Source: Mustelus asterias (Eukaryota). From it: a stretch of 64,000 bases of DNA. Below are positions 11,396-22,734 of this stretch, in pieces. A program made the position numbers and the translations under genes. Where the stretch lies: assembly GCF_964213995.1 (NCBI RefSeq), contig NW_027590159.1, forward strand, positions 186,001 through 250,000, written 5' to 3'. The notes beneath the pieces were generated by a model, which did no database searches, had not been told where the DNA came from, and was given only the letters and a program-made list of their open reading frames with translations. Positions within the stretch are counted from its first letter, which is position 1, and each line of letters begins with the position of its first letter.

Positions 11396-11459
11396 GTAAT
11401 TCATGATTTATTTTAATATGTAAGCATCAGTTAACATGAATAAAAGCCTAAACATCTAA

Positions 11460-13545
11460 TTATTTTATTTTTCCGAAACCTTTTTCCTTTATCCCTGCAA
11501 GAATTTTCAAACGCAGTTTTATTTTCATTTAGCCAGAAAACGTGTAACCGCTCAGTATCACTGAGTTGAAACAATACAGAAACAATTGAGAAACACCAAA
11601 CCATTTCACAAATTTTGAGATGAGATTAGTAATTAATTATCTCGGTATCCAATTACAAATTACTTGGAAGGAATAATCTGATTGCGACTGCACAGAAAAA
11701 AAATGTAATAATCGGATACATAAATTGCCAAAAAGCAACGTCTTATTCTGCAAAACTCGTATTCCAGTGAATGCGAACTTAATCTGGGATATAACGACTA
11801 ATGCAAAGTATCTTGTTGAATTGAGCGCTGCTATGGAAACAGCACGTTATCATTGAAATAGTTTCTGGAATTATCACAGAATATTTCCAGCCCAGAAACT
11901 TTTCTGGTCATTTTAATTGTGTGCAAAGCAAACAGAACTACTAGAGGTGATTAATGAATAATGATATTAACATTAAAAAGTCTTTGGTGAATATGGAGTT
12001 ATATTACCGATCAATAATTGTTTGATTTATATTAATTTCATGATCAAATCTGTTAATGAGAAGTTTGTGATTGCAGCAATGACTTAGTGTCCAAATGAAC
12101 TTTGTAAGTCATAATTTATTTTAATTTGTAAACATTAGTTAAAATTTATAAAAATGTTGTGATATCTTTATTTCATTTTTTTCCAAAACCTGCCTGTTTT
12201 CTACTACAAGGACTTTCAAACTCAGAGATTCTTTGCATTCAACCAGAAAACGTGTAACCGCTCAGTGCTGCCGAGTTTAAACAATGCAGAAACAATGCGG
12301 AAACACCAAATCACTTCGCAAATTTTAAACTATCATAGTGGCCGAACCACAGAATCTCCTGAACATAAACACTACAAAGCACATCACTGAGGGAATTATT
12401 CCGCTTCATGAAGAAGCAGCTCAATTATTCCTTCAACATAATCAAATGTAACATTACAAGAAAATCTCAATATCGAATCCAGCAAAATAGCTCGTCACCA
12501 AATGTGTGAATTATTAAACAAAACAGAAATCTGGAATAATAGCAATAGCATTGTGAAGAGATAGAATATATCCAACACATTAAAATGGAAACTTTACCAC
12601 ATTTTATTCATATTGGATCATATTTCAAACATATTTAAACATTTGGATGGTAAAAGCTGCAGCAATCACTGAGATTTAACATTTCAGGTTAACCAAATAG
12701 TGAATGCAGTGGCAAACTATATTCTAAACAAACTGCGTAAACTGTGATTTAGTTTAACCTGCAATTATCAATTATGATTTTCAAAAATGCCAATGGAATA
12801 AAGCCTGCCTGATTTCAACATATAATCATGCGTCAAGCAGTTTCAGACGCGAAGACTGTTTGTATTCAATCACAAAGTGTGTAACAGCTCAGTGTCACCG
12901 ATATTAAATAATGCAGAATCGCCAAACCATTTCAAAAATTTTACTTATTCAAAGTCACCCAGACCCACAATCTCCTCAACAGAAAAAAATATACATCACT
13001 GAACCCCGCATAATGCAGAAGCAGCTCAATTCTACAAACACTTTCAATAGAATCAAATGTAACATTGACAGCAAATCTCAAATTTAAATCCAGCCAATCC
13101 GCTCATCACCAAACTAATCAATGATTAAATTAACAGAAATATGTCAGAACCACACCGGCATTGCGAGTAAGCGGAATATGATCACTCAATTAATACAGAA
13201 TCTTTAACACATTTTTAAAATATTGGGTTAGATTTCAAATGCGTGTGCAGCAGATGGTACAACCCGCAGCCACTAGATGTCACCGAGTTTATACACTGCA
13301 GAAACGTCGAACTGTTTAACAGAAGTTAGACAGTAACTTTTAAAGTAACCCAGCCACACAATGTCCTCAGCAGATAAAGACCAAAATACAACAACCAAGG
13401 ATTGAATCCCTCAGCATCGCCTTGTCAATTAACAGTATAATTTTATAACCCCCATTTTCAGCAGAATCACATGAAACATTGTTCAGATTTTTAGTACAGA
13501 ATCCGCCAAACCACATTTCAGTGAACGAATGAATTAATAAAATCG
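11460..13545. repeat. Diverged tandem units (~400-700 bp) immediately 3' of JH
   Basis: CCAGAAAACGTGTAACCGCTCAGT at 11533 and 12243, variants at ~12875 and ~13280; ACATCACTGA..GAAGCAGCTCAATT..AATCAAATGTAACATT at ~12380 and ~12993, weaker at ~13390. Confidence 0.8.
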
Positions 13546-13606
13546 ATAAAAAATATAAAACAAAAGCTCAAGTAAAACAGTTACTAAATAATTGCATGGT
13601 TCTGAC

Positions 13607-13654
13607 CTGCAGTCACCGTCACCATGGTCCCTTGTCCCCAGTAGTCCAAGTAGT
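13607..13654 (-). CDS. IGHJ: JH segment (YLDYWGQGTMVTVTA)
   Basis: WGQG motif; phase-1 donor G|gtcaga; unrearranged, with its own RSS. Confidence 0.97.
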
Positions 13655-13693
13655 CACAGTGTCACATTCGTTTGGCTGGATCATACAATAACT
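13655..13693 (+). other. JH 23-RSS
   Basis: CACAGTG (13655-61) + 23 nt + ACAATAACT (13685-93). Confidence 0.93.
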
Positions 13694-14019
13694 GGCCCTG
13701 CAAAAAATAGACAGAAAAGCCGCCATTATTTTAAATATTCACAAACCAGAGGAAAAGCAAAGTCAATTAATATTCATGAAATTATTATTGTATTTGTGGA
13801 TACCGTTCGCTCTACATAAATAACCCTTATGTTTTGTATTTCACCGGGTATAACATGAACATGTTATTGAAAACACCAAATGATAATTGAATAGTTATCA
13901 TAAATTTTCCATTTGATTCTCGCTGTTTGTACAGAGCTGGGCATAAATAATACAGCACTGCAAATAATTTTGGATTGCAAAACAGAGCACTGACCCAGTC
14001 TGGGTCAATTAGTGCTGAG

Positions 14020-14047
14020 GGTTTTTGTATTGACAGTAACTGTTGTG
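14020..14047 (-). other. D 3' 12-RSS (variant heptamer)
   Basis: CACAACA (14047-41) + 12 nt + ACAAAAACC (14028-20). Confidence 0.85.
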
Positions 14048-14060
14048 CCACCCCAGTTAT
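14048..14060 (-). CDS. DH segment (D2-type, 12/12 RSS), ATAACTGGGGTGG
   Basis: 13-nt segment flanked by two 12-RSS; frames ITGV / stop / NWG. Confidence 0.9.
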
Positions 14061-14088
14061 CACAGTGAGACACAGCATGACAAATACT
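14061..14088 (+). other. D 5' 12-RSS
   Basis: CACAGTG (14061-67) + 12 nt + ACAAATACT (14080-88). Confidence 0.9.
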
Positions 14089-14401
14089 GAGTCTGACTGC
14101 TGACTGTAAAATACAGAGATTTAATTTCACTGCTCTCTCAAAAATCTGATTCTGCCTCTTCTATGAGCGAATGAGTGAGATATTGTAGCTTGTCCAAGTC
14201 ATTATATTTACAAGGGGTATCGGAATGCTTTTAAACCCTCTATGTAGATTTAGCATATCGTTCAACACAGATTTTACGGGAAGATTTTTATACCTTTTCA
14301 CAAACTAATATTGCTTCTGCGCATTATTTCATTGAAGCCTCGTTTACTTTGAAACTCCTGCTGTGGTGCTGATCACCAATTTGAGCGATCTCTTCCCATG
14401 A

Positions 14402-14439
14402 GGTTTTTGTATGAGGATGTCGCTGTGCTCAGCACTGTG
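14402..14439 (-). other. RSS 3' of V(D1), 22-nt spacer
   Basis: Consensus CACAGTG (14439-33) + 22 nt + consensus ACAAAAACC (14410-02). Confidence 0.95.
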
Positions 14440-14752
14440 ACACACTGCTGTCTTGCACAGTAATAGATGGCGGTGTCTTCGGTCTTCAGCCTTGTCATCT
14501 CCAAAGAGAAGATGTTGGTTGAAGTGTCTTTAGACGCAGTAAATCGATCCTTAATTGCTGGGGCGTAGCTGTTGCTGGATGAAGTACCGTAGTAAACCAG
14601 CCACTCCAGCCCCTGTCCTGGAACCTGCCGGATCCAGTGCATGTTAGCGCTGCTAAAACTGAAGCCGCTGGTTTTACAGGTCAGTGTCAGGGAGCCTCCG
14701 GGACGCCCGGTCTCTGCCTCTGGCTGAGTCAACACAACCTGCGACTGAACAC
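14440..14752 (-). CDS. IGHV: VH exon, open, with 11-nt D1-like extension
   Basis: tttttcag acceptor; (G)[52 protein letters not shown]...[10 protein letters not shown] then CAGCAGTGTGT before the heptamer; both canonical Cys and the Trp intact. Confidence 0.97.
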
Positions 14753-14884
14753 CTGAAAAAATAGATTTAAAAACCCGAGGATTAATCCTGGTGTAATGAT
14801 TTTTGACTCTGGAATATTACACAGATGGACTAAAACTGAGAGTGTAACTTTGGGAGACTTAGACAATGAAAAATAACTCCTTAC

Positions 14885-14930
14885 CGGATAAGAAAGTCAG
14901 CAACAAACTGAGAGAAATCGCCGACCTCAT
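14885..14930 (-). CDS. IGHV: VH leader exon (MRSAISLSLLLTFLS)
   Basis: AGGATGA start context, hydrophobic 15 aa, 46 nt, G|gtaagg donor, 132-nt intron, in phase with the V exon. Confidence 0.93.
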
Positions 14931-15014
14931 CCTTCTGGTGATTTGGGGGAAATGGTTGTGTCAGGAACTCAATGAACAAACCAACTCCCGGACTGTTGGA
15001 TTCCGGTCCCAGTG

Positions 15015-15100
15015 AGCGGCATTTAAATACCCGGCAGAAGGGGGCGGCTTTCCAGGCGCCGCCGGTTGATTCCCTGCTGGAGGCGGCGACTGGATCCAGG
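15015..15100 (-). promoter_or_regulatory. VH promoter: TATA-like box plus GC-rich elements, no octamer
   Basis: TATTTAAAT at 15029-15021, ~90 nt upstream of ATG; GGGGCGG GC-box at 15041-47 (overlapping a CTCF-like GCAGAAGGGGGCGG); locally CpG-rich. Confidence 0.7.
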
Positions 15101-16814
15101 TCCCACCTTCCACACCCCAACAGAATGGACTTCCAGATTTACAATAGGTTAATATTAAAATGGACATTTTGTCTGTGTCGGGATATTTGTTTGGCTGAAT
15201 CTGTTCATTGTAATGTCTCCATTATTGCTGATGGTGATATTGCAGTTCATCATTTCTTTATTTAAAATAACGAATTCCATTGTAAATATGGTGATTTTAT
15301 TACCACGCCCCCAAGAAGAACACAAATCTAAAAATGATGAAATTACATTTTTGGAAAATAAAGAGACCGTCAGTCTATTTTGCAACAATTCCGGGTCTCT
15401 GTCAGATTACAATAATAAAACATCATTTATCAGAATAACTTTTACCGATTTCTGTAACTAAATGAGGGGGTATGAACAAAGTGATTGCATTTACAGTGTG
15501 GATGGCTATCACTGTACAATTTGGGTTTGGAGATGAGAAGAAACTCTCACACAATACAATGTTTCTCCTTATATTTGTCAAACTGCCCCAATCTCGAAGA
15601 CAGCCCTTTGAAAATAATAAGAATCCTGCCCTCCTGATAATTAAATAGTGAGTTGACAGAGAAACATAAAATTAACCTCGACTTTTGACAGAGAAGTTAA
15701 TGAATGGAACGGACACGGAGATCATTAAAGTTCTCCTTCAGCATCCAGATCATTGCAGCTCACTCTATCGGCCACCGACTGTCTAACATTCGCTGGTATT
15801 GCGAACACAAGATATCAGGGCTTTGCGGCAGATTGCACAATATCACAAGAATAAATGTTTTATCTTCCATTGAATCAGGTTATGAACTGATCATTTCTCC
15901 ACACATTGGCAGCTATGATTGGAACTCTTCAATAACAAGAATCAGATTATACTGTACAATAGAATAGGGTGTTAATCAGGTACAAGAGACGCTGCTGTTT
16001 AAATGCGATACAGAACGTTCAGAATATTCCAGGAATTCCCACTGTTCATGTCAGTTTTAAGATGTTCCCTTAATATTATTTCGATGCATTTTATGCCATG
16101 GCACTGATTTCAATTGACTGGGGAATTGGGACCATCAACATCTCTCTCTCGCATTTTATGAAGTGGTTAGCAAACAGAATTTAATTATTGGAATGGCATT
16201 TATTTGGAAGTTATACAAATGAAAAAGCATCTGGTCACTTTATTGTTTTGCGATACTATTTACTCACATAATGAACAGGACATTGAATGAAAATATTTGA
16301 TTAGAATGATTACGATTTAAAATGTGTCTTTCTTGTGCGAATGAAACATTTATTGTTTAAATGGCTGAATCCCATTTTGTCCATTTAGGTTCACGCTAAT
16401 CTGTCCCACACAGTATTTGGCAGCAATCCAGGCTGCTGTCAAATGCTCAAAGTTATTGACAGGAAGCATCTGGGGGTGTTTCTGCAGTAGATCAAAGATC
16501 TGTTTCCTCAGTACTGACCGCTTGGCTGCAAGCCAACTTAAAACCCTTCACATTGTCAATCAGGTCTATTTATAAATAAATCTACCCAGCAACAATATTG
16601 GAGGCACTTTAATTTTTTAAAGTTGTAAATCTGGATGAATTTTTCCCATCTCTAATGAAAGGAATTTCATGCAGCTTCTCTGGCACCCTGTTAGCAACAA
16701 TGATGATTTTTCCAACACATCAGGATATGGTGATAGATGGATAGAAAGAATTACAGGCAAACTGTGAAATGTCTCAGAGAGACGATACATGAACATGTAT
16801 GTTTGTATTTTCTT

Positions 16815-17165
16815 TCCCTTTATCTTTCCTTGGGATGTTTGGTTGCAAAGACCGGCACTTTTTGTCTGTCCCAAATTCCCTTGAACTGACTGGTTTTCTA
16901 GGCCACTTCTGAACATATGAAGGAGTCAGCTATTTTGCTGTCCGTCTGGAGTCACATCCGTGTGAGACCAGGTAGCGATGGCAGATTTCACTCATTGGGG
17001 AATCAGAGAGGGTCCGATGGTCGCCATTAGCATCTGTTCCTTATTTATTAATTGAATTCAAATTCCACCAGCTGCAATGCTCCGATTTAAATCCCTGTCC
17101 CCACATCATTGTCCTGGGCCTCTGGATCACTGGGCCACTTCAATTAATATTACGTCACCATCTGC
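16815..17165 (-). mobile_element. Second SINE family, shared by both duplicate copies
   Basis: Matches 28530-28882 at the equivalent position, so it predates the duplication. Confidence 0.75.
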
Positions 17166-17997
17166 GCAAACAATAAATGAATGACTGTGTTGATGCAAGA
17201 ATGAATGACCGTTGAATGAATGATACGAATATCAGTTGGATGCCTGAATATTTTGATTGAGGAATCAGTGAACGGATTGATGGATGTATTGTTAAATGGT
17301 ACTGAAAGATGCTGTTCCACATTCCCATATTTTTACTTGACTGGTTCATAAATTGAAACAGTTCCTTGATTCCATTTCTGTCAGTCTAATAACTTCAATA
17401 CTTCCAGAGGGCCTGGGTGATATCAAACCCGATTTTCGAGGGAGTTAGCAAGCTGATCCTCACGAAAAGAAGAGAGGATTTTGCTGCGGCAGGATGGTTC
17501 ATTTCTCTGCTGATGCTGGATATTCATATCCAAGATCGAAAGAGGGAACATGGTTTGGCTGAGGAGGGAGGATTGTAATATTTGAAACATGTGCAGCAAA
17601 TCACTCAACATGCCCTCACCCAAGTTAGTGAAGGTAACAAGCTGTAGATAAATAATGTGGCAACAGATATATTGTGAAACTCACTGGACAATTACAAGTG
17701 TTACATTATTTCCCAAAACAATGTAATAATGAATCGGGATTTAAAAATTCAGTAAAATCATATTAGGTGCAAGGTAGTGTAATTCATATCATTACTTTGG
17801 AAATCATCACACCAGTTACGTATCAGGAGTTTAAAGCGCAGAGACTGTTGGGTAGCGACTCCTGATCCTCAGTCTGAATTCGTTCAATTTCCCACTGCAT
17901 TCTGGGACAGATTTTTATCCTTGTTGACAAAAAGGTCAATACAGTGTCAAGAAATGTTAATATCAATAAATTATTCAAAGCAAAGTTGTACAAAATG

Positions 17998-18530
17998 AAA
18001 TACTGAAAACAAACAGAAAATGCTGGAAAATCTCAGCAGATCTGACAGCATCTGTGGAGACAGAATAGACCCAACGTTTCGAGTCTGGATGACGCTTCAG
18101 CAGAGTATTCCTAATGCGTTGGAGAGATTATCATTGTATCCAACAAGGTGTCAGACAAGCTGCATAACTTTCTTGTGAGATGTGAATAGTTCAAATAGGC
18201 ACTGTTTAATTATATGCACTATTTCGAGCCACACACAAGCTGCATGAACTTACATACCGATCCCAAATATCATAATCAACTTATCCATGCTAACTGACCT
18301 AATCAACGTCTCAATCACGAACTATATCCTAAAGAAACTTCCTAATCCCTTTCCACCCTCATCAGTTCCCAATGCCATCGCCCTCTTCAATTTTCTCCAA
18401 ATAAAAAAAGGGTCATCCTGATTCGAAACTTTGACTCTATTCTCTCACCACAGATGCTGTCAGACCTGTTGAGATTTTCAGAATTTATTATTTTTGTTTC
18501 AGTTTCCAGAATCCGCAATGTTTTTCATTT
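17998..18530. mobile_element. Penelope-like remnant with inverted termini (17998-18107 / 18408-18530), family B
   Basis: AAAATGCTGGAAAATCTCAGCAGATCTGACAGCATCTGTGGAGA...GTTTCGAGTCTGGATGAC pairs with GTCATCCTGATTCGAAACT...CCACAGATGCTGTCAGACCTGTTGAGATTTT. Confidence 0.65.
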
Positions 18531-18989
18531 ATTAAAATGCTGAATATAATTGGTGAAATAATTGTTTATCTGTATTAATTGATATTAATTGGTGAATTGG
18601 GACTACCCCGCCTGGATATTTCCCTCCAGACGCTCATAAACCTGACTTGGACATATATTACCGCTCCTTTAACGTCGCTGGGTCGGAATCCAGGAGAACC
18701 CTTCCTAACAGCACTGTGGGTGTACCTACACTGCAGGTTGTGCAACGGTTCAAGGTGGCGGCTAACTACCAGCTTACCGAATGCACTTCGCAATGTGAAA
18801 TAAATTATAGCTTAGACAGTCACCCACCTTCCATAAAGTAATTTTAAATAGACTAACCTTTGTGAATGAATGAGAATTGGTGAATGCATTTATTAAATTG
18901 TGAATGGACGGTCATTAGTGAAAATAATCACTATCTTTCTGAACATTTATGACATTCTCCTTATTTGCTGGAAGATTTAAGGTTTGTAG

Positions 18990-19277
18990 TTCATTTATTA
19001 ATGTCACAAGAAGGCTTACATTAACAGTGCTTTGAAGTCACTGTGAAAATCCCCGAGTCGTCTGTTCGGGTACACTGAGGGAGAATTTAGCCTGGCCAGC
19101 ACACATTACCAGCATGCCTTTTCGGACTGTGCAGGAAACTGGACCACCCAGAAGAAATCCACGCATAAACGGGTAGAATGTACAGACTCCGCACAGACAC
19201 TGACCCACGCCGGGAACCAAACCAGTGGCCCTGGCACTGTGTGGCAACAGAGCTAACCACTGTGCCACCATGGCACC
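18990..19277 (-). mobile_element. HE1-like SINE, subtype 2
   Basis: Full-length copy; absent from duplicate copy 2. Confidence 0.85.
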
Positions 19278-19329
19278 CACAATTCCATAAGACATGCATG
19301 ATTCAAATTTATCACACATTTTTGCAAAC

Positions 19330-19700
19330 TAAACCGATGGAAGAGACTGTTACAACTACAGGCATATCTCAGTCATAACATCACGGGAAAGATCTTTGCT
19401 GGGGTCACACTTGAAATACATCATCTGCTTGCAGACCGGGTATATCTGATGTGCAGTTTAGTGATTGTATTGGAAGATTTACTCCAGCCAACAACTTCTC
19501 CATGTTCCATATATGTCCATATCCTTAACGTACTTCGGTCAATCTCGCGAAGACATTCACCACCGTCAGCTGGGCAAAGAATACAGGATTTTGGTGATAA
19601 CTGGTTCTACACCAAAGCTCCTAATATCCATTCATGATACAAAAACGATAACACACAATGACGAATGGTAGCTTAATGGGCAGCACTTGTGGCCGAACTA
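19330..19700 (+). mobile_element. Ancient RTE-clade LINE RT relic (copy 1)
   Basis: Aligns with 33680-34010; retains CACCAAAGCTCCTAA..TTCATGA (PPKLL..FHD-like region). Confidence 0.55.
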
Positions 19701-19879
19701 ACTTTTCAAAAATTGGCCTCCTCAATCATCAGAAAAGGTGACATATGTAAAGGAAGCCAATCTGAATTGGATGTGTTTATTGTGTGTCCGTCATGTAGTG
19801 TAAATGGAAGGATGCACGTGATCATTGTGGAATTAATTTGTATCAAACACGGTGTATTTCACACAACACACACACACAC

Positions 19880-20620
19880 CAAGATGCTCAATGTGGGTCC
19901 CGCAAGGAGCACTCGATTCCAGAAATGATTTGGAAAGAGTCCAAATATGGATTTTAAAAAATAAATTAAAAAGGTGAATAGAGAGTGCCTGCCCTTGACA
20001 TGGACGCAGCGTCTGACCGTTTGTGGCATCAAGGAGCCCGAGCGAAACTGCAGTCAATGGGAATCAGGGGGAACAGAGTCCACTGTCTGAGTCATACTGA
20101 GCACAAAGGAAGATGATTGTTAATGGCCAATCATGCCAGTCACACGCATTGCTACAGGAATTCTTCAGGTTAGTGACCTATCCCCAAGCTTCAGCCTTCA
20201 TCAAATTTCAGAAGTGGGATTTTCACAGGTGATTGCACATAGTTCAGCACCAGTCGCGGCTCCTCAGATACTGAAACAGTCTGTGTCCATATGCAGTAAG
20301 ACTTCGAAAACATTTAGTGTTTGGCTAATGAATGACAAGGAACATTAATGCACCACAAGTGGCAAGCAATGACAGTCTCCAATGAGGGAGATTCCAAACC
20401 ACCCCCCATGACATTAAATGGCATTACCCATCGCTGAATTCGCCCACTATCAACATCCTATGAATTATAATTCGTGAAAATCTGAACGGAGACAGACGTT
20501 TAAATCATGTGGCCACAGGAGCAGGTCAGACGCTCGGAGTTCTGCTGTGAACAACGCACCTCCTGAATTCCCAACTCCTATCCATCATCTACAAGGCAAA
20601 AGACAGGAGTATGAACAAAT
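19880..20620 (+). mobile_element. Second LINE family RT fragment
   Basis: GACCG..TGTGGCATCAAGGAGCCCGAGCGAAACTGCAGTCAATGGGAATCAGGGG (WHQGA.AKL.SMGIRG); homolog at 36720-37480. Confidence 0.75.
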
Positions 20621-21340
20621 ATCACAGTACAGTCAACCACAGGAACAGGCCCTTCGGCCCACCAAGTCTGTGCCGACACAGATGATTGAATATTCTCTAC
20701 TTGCCTGACGTGTGCCACTCAAAAGCTCAATGTCATTCTGGAGAAAGTAGCTGGCTCGAAGAACACCCCACCCACCAGCTTCCCAAAGCTTGCCACCACA
20801 TTCTCAAAGGAATTCATGGTTTGGCAACAAAAGCTGACTTTCCCAGTGACATCAAAATCACAACAATTTTAAACATACCATATCTCTGCCTATATTCAGC
20901 TAGCTTCTGCCTCTGTCTGTATTACAGTAGGCTGTGCCTGGATCATATTCCAGGAGGTCATGTCTAAGCTATTTCCTGCACTTGGCTCAATATCAGGTGT
21001 TCGTATATGAGACACAGGCCCTGCTTATATTATAATTTCTAAGTTATGGCGGTACTGAGCCATGCTTCTGCTGATCTGACAAGAGGCCGTGTCTCGATTC
21101 TTGCTGCCTCAGAACATTTGCCACTGCATACTAAACTGGAGCAACTGTTTCATGCATGACACATGGTTCTGTCACAGTTATTATGCGAATAGTTCATTAG
21201 ATTTTGATAAATTAGATCCTGTTTACGTTAATGCTGCACCAGTCCATGTATTTATTTATTTAAGACTATGTCACGTCTCAGCTATAATTGCATTTTGCAA
21301 TACCTCCTAATTGCTGCATTGTCCGTATCTCTGTGTGTAT

Positions 21341-21640
21341 CAGTCTAGGCCCTGTACCAGTAATTGTTACAAATAAACTGGGCTCTGTCTCAGTTTACAT
21401 CAGTCTAGGCCCTGTACCAGTAATTGTTACAAATAAACTGGGCTCTGTCTCAGTTTACATCAGTCTAGGTGCTGTATCAGTAATCATTACTAATACACTG
21501 GGCTCTGTCTCAGTTGACATCAGTCTAGGTGCTGTATCAGTAATCATTACTAATACACTGGACTCTGTCTCAGTTTACATCTGTCACTGTCCTGTATCTA
21601 TTAGTAATTATTACTAATGCACTTGACTCCGTCTCAGTCT
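21341..21640 (+). repeat. 60-bp minisatellite (AABB pattern) inside a degenerate ~28-30-bp satellite
   Basis: Units at 21341 and 21401 are identical; 21461 and 21521 near-identical; more diverged homolog at 39905-40190. Confidence 0.95.
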
Positions 21641-22734
21641 AAAGAAATTTAGGTCCAGTATCATTAATTACTGGGCTCTGTCTCAGTTTATATGTATAAG
21701 CTCCTATGTCCAGTAAAACTGCACTAGACACTGTCTCAGTTTTATTTTCCTCGACGTTGTCATATATATTTGTAATGTTTGTTTCATGGGATGTGGGTGT
21801 CACTGAAAAGATCAGCATTTGGCCTTTGACCATCCCCACATGGCACTCGGAAAGAAACCCATTTCTATTTTGCTGGATCAGGACCCAGTTTATGTTAAAT
21901 TAGAGTCTGTCTCTGTTAATACACTGCTAGACTAGAAATCAGTTTATATTGCACTAGCCATACTCTCTGGGTAAGTAATATTTGATCCTGACCCTGTACA
22001 TATTTCACTAGACTGTGTTAGTGTTATGCCTGCACTTAACTTTGCCTCTATTTGAATGATGTCTGCATTTCTCCGCGGTTCTACGAGAAGAAGAGATATT
22101 ATGTTGGATGAAAAACAGTGGTCTCTGGCAGGATTCTGAAACAGGCAGCATTGGATCGACAGTATTTGGTCGGTGCGGGCTTCCAGTGCCGAAGGGCCTG
22201 TTCCTCTGCAGTAACTTTTCTTGTTCTTTGTTCTGTGTTGACAGTGCATGCTATACAGGTCTCAGTAACCATTTTCAATGCAGTCAGCAGAAGTAGATTT
22301 CAGATAACACTGCTTCTTTTCCTTATTTAAGAGGATGCAGAGAATTGTGTCCCCTTAAACACTTTCCTCATTACTGGCATTGTCCAGTGCAGTAAAAACT
22401 GAGACCATGTCCAATGCAATATAAACGTGGATAGGGTCAAGTGCAGAAATAAGACTCCATCTAGTTAAATACAAGCAGACAGGTCTAAATTAATACAAAC
22501 CGATACAGCGGCTAGTTTGATATAAACTGAAACATGTTGATGCATAATATAAACAGGGACAAGGTCTAATTTAGTATAGTCAGAGAAAGCATCTCGTTTA
22601 ATATGTGTAGAGATAGCGTCTCGTGCAACATAAACCGAGGCATGACCTTATGTAATAGAAGCTGACACAGGGTAAATTTACTGTCTAATAAAGAGACTGG
22701 TTCAATCTCCATGAAATTTGGAGAGACGGCCAAC

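Noticed and set aside
13253-13286. Resemblance of ATGGTACAACCCGCAGCCAC..GTCACC to the JH 3' end (relic second J)
   Set aside because: Too short; no WGXG codons, no RSS, and the flanks do not align convincingly.
14338-14365. CACAGCA heptamer-like site between V and D (possible hidden D1)
   Set aside because: No nonamer at 12 or 22/23 spacing and no opposing RSS.
21341-21640. CRISPR-like regular repeat
   Set aside because: Head-to-tail minisatellite without unique spacers, in vertebrate DNA.
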